Positions 1 to 12,627 of a stretch of 64,000 nucleotides of DNA are shown piece by piece. The translations under genes and the position numbers were made by a program. Numbering within the stretch: the first letter of the stretch is position 1; every line of letters starts with the position of its first letter. Below the pieces are notes generated by a model. It worked only from the letters and a program-made list of their open reading frames with translations. It did not search any database and was not told the DNA's origin. This DNA comes from Malacoraja senta (taxonomy: Eukaryota), in NCBI GenBank assembly GCA_038087875.1, contig CM075983.1:22444001-22508000 (forward strand). Reading direction: 5' to 3'.

Positions 1-186
1 AGTCCCACCTGCCTGCATTTGGCCCATATCTCATAGCCCCCTATATGGGCATTTGGTTCATATCCCTTAACCCCCCCCCCCCTCTCCTCACCTTAAACCT
101 ATGTCCTCTGGTTCTTGATTCCCCAACTCTTGGCAAAAGTCTCTGGTGCATCTACCCGATCTATTCCTCTCATGATTTTGTACATG
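1..186 (-). mobile_element. CR1 (HER1-like) LINE 3' fragment, truncated by window edge
   Basis: Reverse complement resembles the CR1 3' ends at 3624-3902 and 53600-54080 (aaccagaggacataggtttaaggtgag ... atatgggccaaatgcaggcaggtgggact). Confidence 0.75.
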
Positions 187-1996
187 GTTTTGATGATAAG
201 GAGGATAATTTTAAAAGAAGATCTATAGGGAACTGCAGGGGCAGAGGTTCTTGGGAATGATATCAGTGGTGAAATGGCAGAAGACATGCTGAGAAAACAA
301 GAAAAGGAGAAGGAACAGCAGAAAATCTCAGCTCAGACAACATCCATTACTGCACACATAAAAAAAACAGTGGCACACAAACTAGCAGGTCTGCCAAAGC
401 TGCATGTAAAACAATGGTTGGCTGAAAATGCTCCGGTATTACATGAGTACTATTGGCTTACAGTAAACAGAAGGTTTCACATGAATGCAACCAATTTGCT
501 AAAACATAACATATTTGCAGTTTTGTTTTACCGTGATTTGTCATTGGCTGGTAATGTATGATTTGCAAGTTGTTCATTTTCCAATGTTCAACCAAAATTG
601 CTTTACATTATTCCAAAAAAAAATGTAATATCAAGGGGGGCTTTTTCATCATTAGGCCATTTAAGATGTTTCATATCCCTCAACAACATTGACTAGGAGC
701 ATCAAGAATCGGGATATTATTATGGACCTTGTGTATTAGCCCCTTCCTCTACTGCCATGTAGAAAATGTACTGTATGTGAGCTCCATCTGGGGCACAGCA
801 ACCGCCTGTTATTGAAATGGAAGTTGAAGGATGGATGATATGAAGTTGTGGAGAGGTGTCCAAACCATAGGCATCTTGTGAACTGATTGCTCAAGAAGAT
901 TATTAACTAATAAGTGTGTTTTCCTTCACTCCATTACTACAGAAGACATTGTATGGATTTCAAACTTGGATACTAAAATCTCATGTCCATCTGCCAAATC
1001 AAAAAGAAACATCAATTGAGAAATATAGATCAATAAGATAATGTCAGTGAGAATTTCGCTCCGAATTCAATATAACTTTATATAGACTCTTATTCATTAA
1101 AATGCTTGATAAACTCTATTGGTTCCATAATGTGGGTTGGAAGAACAGCAATGACTGTGAAGCCACCATCTCACACCATTTTACTGCATTAGGAGAGGGG
1201 CCTGGTTTTCATCCCAAAGAGAGTTTTGCTTTTTGTGGATAAGAGATCCAGGAGGTGCTGCCCTTACTCTTACTCTTAACTCTACCGCTTTTGGTTATTC
1301 TTTTATTGTGCCTAAGTATATTTTGCACTACAATCTCTGCACCATTCTGCTGTTTTGCACGTATTTATTATTGCACTTATTACTGTATGTGTATTGTTTA
1401 CTCTGTGAGCTTCATGCAAACAAAGAATTTTATTGCATTCTGGTGTATATGACAATAAACTAAGCAGAATCTGAGATAATCAGGCAGTTTATTAGCACTC
1501 TAGGGGCTGTGTTCTAAATTAAGTGAAAACTAGAAAGTAAGATTGACTTAGCACAGAAAATTCTTAACGTAACTATAATTGAGTTAAGGAAGCATGTGCT
1601 TTTTTAATTATGTGTTGCATTCTGCTGCAGATATACACAAAAAAAATCTCATTAAAGATGCTATTTGTTATCATCTGGAATATACATGTTTTTCCCCAGA
1701 GTTCATTCTGAATTCATTGATTCTGGTTGGGATGCAATTTCAAAAGGGACTTGCAGTTTGGCAACTGTCCAGAACCTTGTTCAAGCAGGCATCCTTCATG
1801 TTGGAGCTTGAACAATTATTCCTCATATTTTACTATGGAAATCATCATAGCCAGGACATATCCAGCCACTCACACGGCACTAAGTCTTAAAGGCCAGAGG
1901 TCACTGTTTTGTACCAAAACAGTCAGGCCATAACAAATGCCCATGTAGAGAGGGAAATATTATCCTGGGTTGCCTCTCTAGATTGCTGTCCCTGTC

Positions 1997-2312
1997 TTTA
2001 GACTTTAGGCTTTACTTTAGACTTTAGCGATACAACGCGGATAGAGGCCCTTCAGCTTACCGTGTTCATGCTGACCAGCGCTCACCCTGTACACTAGCAT
2101 TATCCTACACACTAGGGACAATTTGTATAATATTTACCGAAGCCATTAATCTACAAATATGAATGTCTTTGTAGTGTGGGACGAAACGGAGCAGCTGGAG
2201 AAAACACAGGGAGAATGTGCAAACTCCATAATGACAGCAACTGTAATCAGGATCAAACCCAGGTCTCCGATGCTGTAAGACAGCAACTCTACTGCTGCAC
2301 AACAGTGCCACC
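1997..2312 (-). mobile_element. HE1-type tRNA-derived V-SINE
   Basis: A-box/B-box tRNA-like head, shared central domain and CR1-like tail ending in a short tandem repeat; same family recurs more than 12 times in the window. Confidence 0.85.
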
Positions 2313-2590
2313 ATTGAGCTGTCAGTAGATGCCTGCTTGGACACTGAAAATAACTATGTTCACCTTGGATTTAATGCACTCCAGAGTCCAAAGCATAACA
2401 AACGCTTAAAGACTAGAAAATGACAACATAATAATGATGCTCACATAATCATGTTCCAGCTCAAAACAGATTGAAGTGCTGGAAGGAAAAAAAGGAAGAA
2501 CCTTGAAAGAAAGAACAAAAACATAAAACGTCTCTGAAGCTGAGAATCAAGGATGGCAGAAGTAAATTGGACAAAATAGCTTTTTGTTAA

Positions 2591-2840
2591 ACCCAGCGAT
2601 CACACCATACGCTAACACTATCCTACATACTAGGGACAGTTTGCATTTTTTACCAAAGCCAATTATACTATTAACCTGTATGTCTTTGAAGTGTGGGTGA
2701 AAACTGGAGCACCCGGAAAAAACCTATGCAATGACAGGCAGAACGTACAAAATCTGAACAGACAGCACTCGTGGTCAGTGTCGAACCCGGTCTCTGGCAC
2801 TGTAAGGCAGCAGTTCTAACACCATGCCACTGTGCCCCCC
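2591..2840 (-). mobile_element. HE1-type SINE (3'-truncated)
   Basis: Similar to the 1997-2312 and 7470-7768 copies. Confidence 0.8.
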
Positions 2841-3623
2841 TTACACCCACCTTAACCCAGTTTGCCTTGTGCGAATCTGCACCCTGCTTCAAGAGAAAAG
2901 AGGCAAAACTGGAGAAGTCTAAGAAAGTGAGTATAAGAAATCAGAAAAAAAGTTATCATAATGGAGAAGAAATTGACTGAAGGAAAGAGTACAGTAAACA
3001 GTGATTGACCAATACTTTGTTAACAGTGGAAAAAATTTTGCCTGTGAAAGTGACAGGAACTCATGCATTGTGGGCGTTGAGCTGATTCTTATATTGGTTG
3101 CATATTGATTAATTAAACAGAGGAGAAGAGCCCTAGGAGAAGAGATATCCTAAATTTAATTAGAGACAGTTTTCCATTTCCACAGAACCCATTACCTGAC
3201 CTTCAGTTTCAGGGATGGTTTAGTTTTTCAAAATTCAGTATATTCTTTCAATTTCAAATATTAATGGCAGTAGGATATAATCATTGTTTCCTCTGGTCAA
3301 ATGACCACACTTTTAATTGTATAATTAATAACAGTTGTTACACCTCACATCTCTTCACCAAGTCTAGGCATTTCACACCATCTTCAAGAGCAGTATTGCA
3401 TGCTGATGTAAATGAATGGCTTTCTTTGAACATGTGGCTAGTTTTGGGGCTGTGCAGGTTGTTAGTACACGCACAACAACAAAAAAAGAGAAAAGGGCAC
3501 AAAATAAATACATTCTTGTATATGAAACATAAAGATCAATTGTTAATCATCAAAAAGTACAAATTGGACTCATTAGACTAGGCCAAGTAAGTCACTCCAA
3601 CTACCAGGGTCACAACACTAATA

Positions 3624-3902
3624 AAGGCTTAAAGTGAAGGGGGAAAGATTTGATAGGAATCTGAGGGGTAACTTCTACGCACAAAGGATGGTGGGTGTAT
3701 GGAACAAGCTGCCAGATGAGCTAGTTGAGACTGGGATTATCCCAACGTTTAAGAAACAGTCAGACAGGTACATGGATAGGACAGGTTTGGAGGGATATGG
3801 ATCAAATGTTGGCAGATGGGACTAGTGTAGCTGGAACATGTTGGTTGGTGTGGGTCAGTTGGGATGAAGGGCCTGTTTCCATGCTGTATCACTCTATGAC
3901 TG
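3624..3902 (+). mobile_element. CR1 LINE 3' end
   Basis: ORF2 C-terminus KGERFDRNLRGNFYAQRMVGVWNKLP...FKKQSDRYM, then the 3' tail gggcctgtttccatgctgtat..ctctatgact. Confidence 0.85.
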
Positions 3903-4134
3903 TAAATGATCATAAGAAAAATATTCTTGACCATTCTGCCTTTGATATGCTTGCTCTCACAATCTTTCTTCAATGCCTATCATTTTTAATTTGGTGGTAC
4001 TGCAGTTGCTTGGTTCTGTTTTTATATCTTCTTTCATAGGGAAAGAATCAGCTGCAGTGATTTCCCTTCCCTCTTCAGCACCATTCCTTCTAGAGAGGTA
4101 GCTCATCATTTCAAAGAGCTAAATATACCAGTAA

Positions 4135-4620
4135 ATTAAACATAGTTACATAGTTTCATGTCTGACAAATTCTTTGCTCAAATTCTTTGAGGAAGTGGTA
4201 GGTTAGTCTGGAATATCATATGGAATTGGGTACTTAATTGGCTTGATGGCAGGAACCAGAGGGTGATAGTGGAAGGTTGTTTCTCGGAGTGGAGGCCTGT
4301 GACTAGTGGTAGTGGTGCTGGGCCCCATTGCTGTTTGTCATCAATATCAATGATGTGGATTAATTTTTTGAAGAAGTAGCCAGAAAGGTTAACAAGGACA
4401 AGGCCATAAACATTGTCCATTTGGACGTTGATAAGGTTCGGAGTAGTAGTCCGTGTGGTAGATAAATATTTGATAGATCAAGGAACAGATGGATATAGAG
4501 AAATAGGACAGAAAAGGAGACGAGGCCAGGCTAGATCAGTTGTGAAGACAGTAGACGGCAGAGCAGTCTTGATGGTCTGATGTCCTACTCCTGCTCCTAC
4601 TTTCTTGTGTTCTTGTGCTT
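4135..4620 (+). mobile_element. Rearranged, decayed CR1 RT fragments
   Basis: Translates to WLDGRNQRVIVEGCFSEWRPVTSG, an RT segment preceding the PQG motif. Confidence 0.6.
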
Positions 4621-5246
4621 CTTACTATCACTCAGAGGTAATCTTGCCCCTTTCACAATTCTTATTTACATGCTGCCCTTCATCAAAATACTTTGAATCA
4701 CAGTTTCCATATGCATGGTGATGATAACCATCTAAACATCACCATCATCTCCATCAGCTCCTCCATCGTCTCAACATTGTTGAACTTGACGAAATTGGTT
4801 CATTAGGCAGGTGTAAGGAGCAATGCCATGCGTCTCCCTAATAATTATCGAGCAGATTAAATAGAATTGTTTCAGCAAAATTGTTTAAAATATGTTTGTT
4901 TAAAGTATTAAATTAAAAGCAATCAAAACAAAATTAATGTTGAAATTCTTAGCAAGCAAGAATTTCATTGTACTATCTGGGACACATGGCAATAAAACTC
5001 TCTTGACTATTGACTCTTAAAATGAGTGTAACTTTTGTCCAATACAAGGGGGGTAGCCCATTGTATTGATTCCCTTCAGAAGCTCTGTTCCATTGTCATT
5101 GACTCCATTCATCCTTTCCCTCGCAAACCTGAAACTAAGGCATACTGAAGAGCATATGAAATGTGGGAAACATTTCTTCTTGAAGCTGTTGTGCCATCAT
5201 GGATGATCTGGTCCTGGCCCACCTCTTATAACCTTCAACTTCCCTG

Positions 5247-5569
5247 TAGTTTAGTTTTAGTTTAGTTTAGTTTAGTTTAGTTTAGAGATACAGTGTGGAA
5301 ACAGGCCCTTCGGCCCACCGAGTCCATGCTGACCAGCAATCCCCGTACACTAACACTATCCTAGACACACTAGGGACAATTTACAATTTTACCAAGCCAA
5401 TTAACCTACAAATCTTGATGTCTGGAGTGTGGGAGGAAACCAGAGATCCATGAGAAACCCATGCAAATTACAAGGAGAATGTACAAACTCCTTACAGACA
5501 GCACCCGTAGGCAGGATCAAATCCGTGTCTCTGGTGATGTAAGGCAACAACTCTACCGCTGTGCCACCA
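5247..5569 (-). mobile_element. HE1-type SINE, full length
   Basis: (TTTAG)n tail plus body and head matching the family. Confidence 0.88.
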
Positions 5570-6510
5570 TGCTTGTAGTGCCCATTAGCTTGGACTCTAT
5601 GCCAAAAATTTATTTTAGCCTTGAATATGTTCCATGATTTAGCTTACATAGTTCTCTGAGGTAGAGATTCCCAAAAATTCACGATCCTCTGAGAGAAAAA
5701 AAGATCTTCTTATCTCCATTTTAAATAATTTATATCACTTTTTGAAACAATGCTTAGTTCTGGATTTCCCCTGCAAGAGAATCAGCTCTTACCATTTTCC
5801 TGGATATTATGTATATCAATAAAATTATCCCCCAACTCCAAACCTCCAATCTCCAAAGGAAATAGCTCAATCTTCTCAACATTTACAAACCACACAACTC
5901 TTTCATCCCCGGAAATAACCTAATGAAACTGCTGAAATTCCTCTTTCCCTAAATAAGGAGACTAAAACCATATACAGTGCTCACTCCGGTTGGTTTTACG
6001 TATAGTTGCAGTAAGACTTCCCTGCTTTTGTACTCCATCCCCCATGCAATTTAACCCACAATCTCATATTTCATCCTGAAATCTAATAGTCAAAACATTT
6101 TTTGAGATCGCTATATGATATTGCCTCTGACTATTCTGTGACTTTCTCCAACTCGCAAATCTGCAAGATTTCCTCACTTTTTCTGGTCGGGACTCTTGAT
6201 ATCCAGTGAATTTAGTCACTCTACCATTTACAGCCACTCCTTGAAATGCCAAAATTGTTCTCTTAGCATTGTACAGCATGGAAACAGGCCCTTCAGCCCA
6301 CCGAATACACACTGACAGTCAAGCACCTGTTTACTTTAACCTAATTTCATTCTTGCTGCATCCCCTCAATTCCCCCCCAGATTCCACCACTTAACTATAA
6401 ACGAGTGGCAAGTTACAGTGACCAATTAATCTTTGGGATGAGGAAATAGCCAAGTGTCAGCTGTTTAATTGTCATAAGCATTGGGACATGAATACTGACA
6501 TTCTTACTTT

Positions 6511-6833
6511 TTAGTTTAGTTCAGTTTAGAGATTCAGCGTGGAAACACACCTTTCGGCCCACTGAGTCTGCACCGACCAGAGATCCACACACACTAACAA
6601 TATCCAACACTCTAGGGACAATTTCCAATTATACCAAGCCACTTAACCTACAAACCTGCACGTCTTTGGAGTGTGGGAAGAAATCGAAGATCTCGGAGAA
6701 AACCTATGCGGTCACTGGGATAACGTAAAACTCCGTACAGACAGCACCCGTAGACGGGACCGAACCCGGGTCTCAGGCGCTGCAGTGCTGTAAGGCAGCA
6801 ACTCTACCGCTGCGCCACTGCACTGTGCCGCCC
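6511..6833 (-). mobile_element. HE1-type SINE, full length
   Basis: Family match. Confidence 0.88.
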
Positions 6834-7469
6834 TTGTTTTAGCTTTACAGGAGCATAAAATGCCGCAAGACAGCAAATAAATATGCAGTAAATTATCAGT
6901 TATGCTAGATAAGTTGATCAAAAAATGGAAAGAAAACCCATGTGGCTACAGCAAGAATGTGCAAAGCCCACATTCAGTAGTCAGGAATAAATCAGGATCA
7001 GTGCAAAAGTGTGTTGTCCCATTTGCTACTTACTACCTTGAGAATTACTTCAGAAAGTACAATCCTGAAATGCGATATATGATGTTGAACTGGAACTGAT
7101 TAGGGCTGGGGCATATATACCTGTCCAGGTGGTGTATGTTGGTCAACTTCAACAACTTTAACACAATGGAGGACTCGAGGGAGACAGATGTGAGGTTCAG
7201 ATGATTCCTGACACCATGCGTTTAGAAATGGGATTTTCAAATTAATTTGGCAATGGGCAGTATGTAAATGTGAAAAGGGGCAGGAATGCCTGCGTTTGGG
7301 TATGAGGAATGGTGCAATGGAAGAGGAGCCACTATAACTGATTATCTGCTTATAATCATATATAAGAATGGAACCAGATTATCGCAGCACCCTCAGTTGA
7401 CAAAGACGAACAAGTAATGGGGGTGGATTCTGATTATTTTTTAGACAATAGCAAATTGTCTCAATTTTA

Positions 7470-7768
7470 GGCACGGTGGCACAGCGGTAAAGTTACTGCC
7501 TTACAGCGCTTGCAGCGCCGGAGACCCAGGTTCAATCCTGACTACAGGTGCTGTCTGTACGGAGTTTGTACATTCTCCCCGTGACCTGCGTGGATTTACT
7601 CCGAGATCTTCGGTTTCCTCCCACACTCCAAAGATGTATCGGTTTGTAGGTTAATTGGCTTGGTATAAGTGCGTGTAGGATAGTGTTAATGTGCAGGGAT
7701 CGCTGGTCGGCGCGGACTCGGTGGGCCGAAAGGCCTGTTTCCACGCTGTATCTCTGAACTAAACTAAA
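7470..7768 (+). mobile_element. HE1-type SINE, full length
   Basis: ggcacggtggcacagcggtaaag (A box) ... ggttcaatcc (B box) ... gctgtatctctgaactaaactaaa tail. Confidence 0.88.
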
Positions 7769-8039
7769 TGTGCTCTCCATTTCTAGCCCACTACTATAGA
7801 GAACGCAGGTCTTTGGGATTGATACACCACCCTACCCAACTATCTACCATGCTGTACTGCACAACCAATTAAAGAAGGCAGTGGCTATAATGGAGGGTAG
7901 TAGTGACTGGAAGGGTGTATAGTGACAGCTGCTGTTGAGAAAGATGGTAAGACCTGGAACAGAGAAGATACACACAAAGTGCTGCAGTAACTCAGCGCGC
8001 CAGGCAGCATCTCTGGAGAAAGCGTATGAGTGACGTTTC

Positions 8040-8178
8040 AATAGACAATAGACAATAGGTGCAGGAGTAAGCCATTCGGCCCTTCGAGCCAGCACCGCCA
8101 TTCAATGTGATCATGGCTGATCATCCCTAATCAGTACCCCGTTCCTGCCTTCTCCCCATATCCCCTGACTCCGCTATT
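8040..8178 (-). mobile_element. CR1 3' tail fragment abutting a Penelope-tail fragment (7960-8040)
   Basis: caatagacaatagacaatagg tandem tail followed by ccattcggccc..ccattcaatgtgatcatggctgatc, as in other CR1 tails here. Confidence 0.7.
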
Positions 8179-8554
8179 CGAGTTGGAAGTAGAGAAAAAA
8201 GCATAGATTGGGGCAGTGGTGGTTGGAAGTTGTGATTGAGTCAATGCTGTTTGTAGGAACAGTTTTCTCAAGCAGAACTTGTTATTTGAAATCAGAATTG
8301 GGAAAAATATACCTATTCCTCATGGCTCCATATTCAGATAAGTATATTAAATACCCATATGGTTAGACCTGCAGCGGTCCCTTTAAGGACTGCTGACAGG
8401 TTATATGTCGGCCTCTCATTACAAAGAGAATCTGGGCACTGGTGCCCCTCTTTTGTCTTTACCAACATGGTGGACTGAGCATTGTCAGTTTACTGTGAGC
8501 ATGCACTTCTTGATTGCTACAATGGTAAACTGGATGATGTTATGTTCTTTGTTT

Positions 8555-8870
8555 TCGTTTAAGAGATAAAGTATGGAAAAAGGTCCTTCGGCTCACCGAG
8601 ACCACACGGACCATCAATAATTTGTTCACAGTTCATACCAGGTCTTTTGCATCCACTCTCTACACACTATGCACAAATTTCAGTAGCCAATTAACCGACA
8701 AACCTGCGTGTCTTTGAGCTGTGGGAGGAAACCGGAGCACCCGGAGGCATCCCAGAGAGAATGTGCAAATTCCATACAATTCCACGCAGACAGTATCCGA
8801 GGTCAAGATCGAACCCAGGTGTCTGGAGCTGTGCGGCAGCAGCTCTACCAGCTGCGCCACAGTGCCGCCC
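8555..8870 (-). mobile_element. HE1-type SINE (older subfamily)
   Basis: Family match. Confidence 0.8.
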
Positions 8871-8881
8871 AAGGGAAACCC

Positions 8882-8953
8882 TGCAGGTGCATTGAAATTG
8901 AACCCAAGACCTCACACATGCGAAGACGTGCTCTACCACTGAGCTACATCCCC
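8882..8953 (-). pseudogene. tRNA-Ala(CGC) pseudogene
   Basis: Minus strand reads GGGGATGTAGCTCAGTGGTAGAGCACGTCTTCGCATGTGTGAGGTCTTGGGTTCAATTTCAATGCACCTGCA (72 nt). It has a vertebrate tRNA-Ala D-arm, a TTCGCAT anticodon loop and a GGTTCAA T-loop; the acceptor and T stems carry mismatches. Confidence 0.85.
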
Positions 8954-10171
8954 TAGAATTATCAGATTCATTTAGTTTCTAGGCCACATTAATATAATAT
9001 TGGAAAATCCCAATCCAAATATCACCACATGCTCAGTGCATTGTGAGAACAATCTGTTGTCTTTTATTCCTAAAGAGATACACAAAAACATGATTTAAAA
9101 ACAATACAAGGGAAATGCTCAAGAATTAATTCCGTATGTGTGAGGTGGATAATTATCTTACCCTTGTCTTACTTTGAACTAGATTAAGTGCAACCCCAAT
9201 TGGGCACTTTGTCTTCCATACCCAAGTTGTCACTCTTTACATGTGAATCTTATTTAGCTAGTACACGGAGATGACCTAATAGAGAGAGGCATCTCAACTG
9301 AACCCAGTCATGTCTTCACCTGTTGATCACTCAAGTAGTTTTCATCAGGTTTCAGAATAAATTCATCAGGCTTGTTAATTTGGGATGGCTCAGTGTAACA
9401 TCTTCACATTCTCAGTAGAGATAACTCTTTAACAACTATAAATTGGGTGCACATTGCTGCAGCAACCCACACTAGAATCAGCATTCATGCAGTATTCTTC
9501 ACATAACAGGTATCTCCCAGCATGCTGAACTAAACTAAAGGACATGATGACGGAATGTGTTACTTAAGCCAGGGTTTGAGAAGATGTTTTAACGTTGGGA
9601 TCAGAAAGTGACAAAACAGAGGAGTTTACTAACTGGATTCCATCCATTGAATGAGCTGTCACTGAGTATGAACTTGTCCCTTTAACAATATCGGAATCAA
9701 TAAATCTGTGTGATCAGCTGAAACCATCCAAAATGACACAAAAGGAATAACAAAAGAAAAGTTGTGATAGTGAAAAAACAAGAGCCCATCAAATCTCTGG
9801 CCTCTAATCTATTAATTCTCCCATTTTTCAGAAGTCAGTTGTTCAGTGCATATTTTAGACTCCAAAATCATTCTAACAGTTGTCACTGACTGTGCAAAGG
9901 GGGTTTTCTGATGCTGTTTAAATGCACCCCCATTTTTGTTACCACAATTAAGCTTGAGAGCCATTGTTTGGACTTTTTAATTTTAATGTTATTGGATATT
10001 TTCCGAAATACTTAAGATAAGATTTTAATCCTTCAATTCAATGTTTAATTGTAAAGCCACATATTGAGAATCTTTCTTATTCAGATATTCACCAATAATC
10101 ACTTTTATAATTGCAAATTCTAGTCTCCATTTACTATTTAATCCCTTTGCGTCAACGATCAGAGTGTTAAC

Positions 10172-10283
10172 CTGAGGCCACTTGATCTGTTTTCCCCTCT
10201 TTACAACACTTGGCGGACCTGCCGATCTACGTGGGTCTGTGGGTGTCAACTTTCAGCCCACCTGTTCTGGGATGATGCCGAGG
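10172..10283 (-). other. Candidate non-coding exon
   Basis: Strong acceptor tttttccccttccctgatttccAG, weak donor CAG|gttaac; stops in all three frames. Confidence 0.3.
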
Positions 10284-10724
10284 CTGGAAATCAGGGAAGG
10301 GGAAAATAATATTTAAGCAGTAAATATATGCAGTTGTATAATGATACAATTTACGACAGTGACACTCAAGTAAGAAACTTTGCAAGATTTTGAGCGAAAC
10401 AAAAAAAATCTGAATGTAGCACTTTCATGCTTTTCAATACATGCAAATGATGGTAGAGTGTATTCTCAATCTCAAGATCTTTTTCAGGGTTTATAGTACT
10501 TGAGAATAATGGATGATAACATGTAAACGTTGTATACCCACACCCTGACTTCAACCTTGAGAGAAAATCAGACTTTTAGCTGTTTAATACCTTCCGTGGT
10601 TCATCTGTACTTCTACACTTTTCATGGTACAAAGAATGCCTCAGGCCGGACTAAAGTGTTTCTTCTTTATTGTTGAGTTTTTACCATGATTGGTTTAACT
10701 GCAGGGGTCTGCTGCAACCAGTAC

Positions 10725-10792
10725 CTCGAGCTTCTGTAACCTCGGCATTGATATGTTCAGATTTGTCATTACGCTGGACAAATCAAGGAGGT
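10725..10792 (-). other. Candidate exon (may extend to an alternative donor at 10591)
   Basis: Strong acceptor ttttttgttctatttctttatccattcAG; donors GAG|gtactg or GAAG|gtatta. Confidence 0.3.
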
Positions 10793-10859
10793 CTGAATGG
10801 ATAAAGAAATAGAACAAAAAAGATGTTGATTCAATGTACGAACAGAGGAAACAGCAGAC

Positions 10860-11180
10860 TCTTTTCAAAGGGCCCAGGTTTGATCCCTGGCATACGTTGA
10901 GTTGTTGAGCTTATTAAGGGCAACATTTGGGGCACAGAAATCGCTCTCAATACTCATCGAATGAAGAGGGTGAATATCAGCCAGGGTTTTGACTTTTGAT
11001 AGCTATCCTGTACTCTTGCTGGAAGGTGTTTGAATGTTAACGCTGCAGACAGAAACAGTCTTACCTACGATGTCCTCTGTGATTGATTAGCCTGCCAACA
11101 CTCCAGGCTCACACATGATCAGTGGCCTCGTGGGTGAAGTATCATACCTCAGCAAAAGTCTGTGTATTAAAGAGGGGAGA
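10860..11180 (+). mobile_element. Ancient, decayed tRNA-derived SINE
   Basis: B-box-like ggtttgatccc head followed by a body resembling old chondrichthyan SINEs (atcagccagggtt...tagcctgccaacactc); family not assignable by eye. Confidence 0.45.
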
Positions 11181-11579
11181 GTATTGAAGGAGGAACTAGT
11201 TAAAATTAATCTTTATTCAAAACCAAATATTTATGTTTTATAATGTAGATATTTTGTCTGTCAGAGACTGACTTCCAGATATTTCCATCCTGGTTCTTGC
11301 AGGAGTCAGTGCATTCATGTTGTTAACCCTATCACTCCTGTTACTCTGTGCTTCAGTATTAGATTATTTTGTGCAGCTGGCAATGCTATGCTTTTACCAA
11401 AAGGCTCTCAATCTCAAAAGCAAGAAATATTAAATTACTCAGTAGTGATATTCACTGTCTTGAAAAATGATCATAAAAGCTGTCTTCAAATCTTAATGAA
11501 TGTACTAATATCTTTGATGAAAAGTAACCTTGACCACTGCATAGTCTAGTCACTTGAATTAAAGGCCACACTATGTGAT

Positions 11580-11928
11580 TCTCCCAGCGGGCAGAAGATA
11601 TAAAGGTTTGAAAGCATGCACCAACAGATTCAAGAACAGCTTTTACCCTGCTGTTCCCAGACTAATGAACAGTCATAATATAAGATAGGGTGTGGTCATA
11701 TCTTCCAATCTACCTCATTGCAGACCTTGGACTTCTCTGTAACTACAACACTATAATGCTGTAACACTATATTCTGCACTCTGGTATTTTCCCCTTTGGA
11801 CTACCTGTTGTATTTGTGTATGGTTTGATTACACTCATGTATAGTATGATTTGACTGGATAGCATGCAAACAATGCTTTTCACTATCTCGGTACACGTGA
11901 CAATAATAAACCAATACCAATACCAATA
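11580..11928 (+). mobile_element. Rex1/Babar LINE 3' end
   Basis: LPSGQKI/RYKGLKACTNRFKNSFYPAV C-terminal motif; 3' UTR ends aataaa(ccaata)n. Confidence 0.75.
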
Positions 11929-12254
11929 AATGTTAATACCCTCAGGACAACTATAAGCAGGCAATACATTTCCCTGACATTATTTCTCACATTGTAAGAA
12001 CAAAGAAGAACAATATTATGATAGGTGGGAAATGTGATTAACTCAATAAGTCTGTTATAAATTACCAGATCAACATCACATGTAATACAAAACATATGTC
12101 AGTGCATTTCTTAACTAAAAGAAAAAGGAGCTGTAAATTGAAGATCCAGATAAAAACATTTAAGGTTCCACAAAATTATCTCCCCATGTTAAAATCATGG
12201 TGGAGTTCAGCCAACCCAGTTCAGATTAGAAAACATATCTGGGATCAGCCTTGT

Positions 12255-12380
12255 GTAGGAAGGAACTGCAGATGCTGGTTTAAACCAAGGATAGACGCAA
12301 AAAGCTGGAGTAATGTCATCTATTCCTTTTTTCCAGAGATGCTGCCTGACCTACTGAGATACTCCAACTTTTTGAGTCTA
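12255..12380. mobile_element. Short Penelope-tail inverted-repeat element
   Basis: aggaactgcagatgctgg...gctggagta / gatgctgcctgacc..actcca arms; flanked by near-duplicated tatc(t)tgggatca(g/t)ccttgt. Confidence 0.65.
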
Positions 12381-12627
12381 TCTTGGGATCATCCTTGTTT
12401 GGGCATTGGGCAACGGTTTTATTAAATATATATGTTTTCAGAGAACCCGAAAAGGAGCTCTTGTTATCATCTCAATTCATAACATAAATGGGAGAGGAGA
12501 CAGCTCTGAAGGTGAACCAGGCCTAGGGTGCAGTACCAAGGCCTGGTCAAAGGCTTTCTAATTGTTCTTAAGCATCTCTGTTTGAATTGTGGAGGAATTA
12601 CACTTTATCTGCAAGAATACCTTTGAC

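Noticed and set aside
274-561. 95-aa ORF MAEDMLRKQEKEKEQQ...
   Set aside because: No recognisable domain and no convincing splice signals; could be chance or a decayed transposon.
9179-9205. ctagattaagtgcaaccccaattggg, resembling the Helitron 3' end at 60063
   Set aside because: Too short and no matching 5' end was found.
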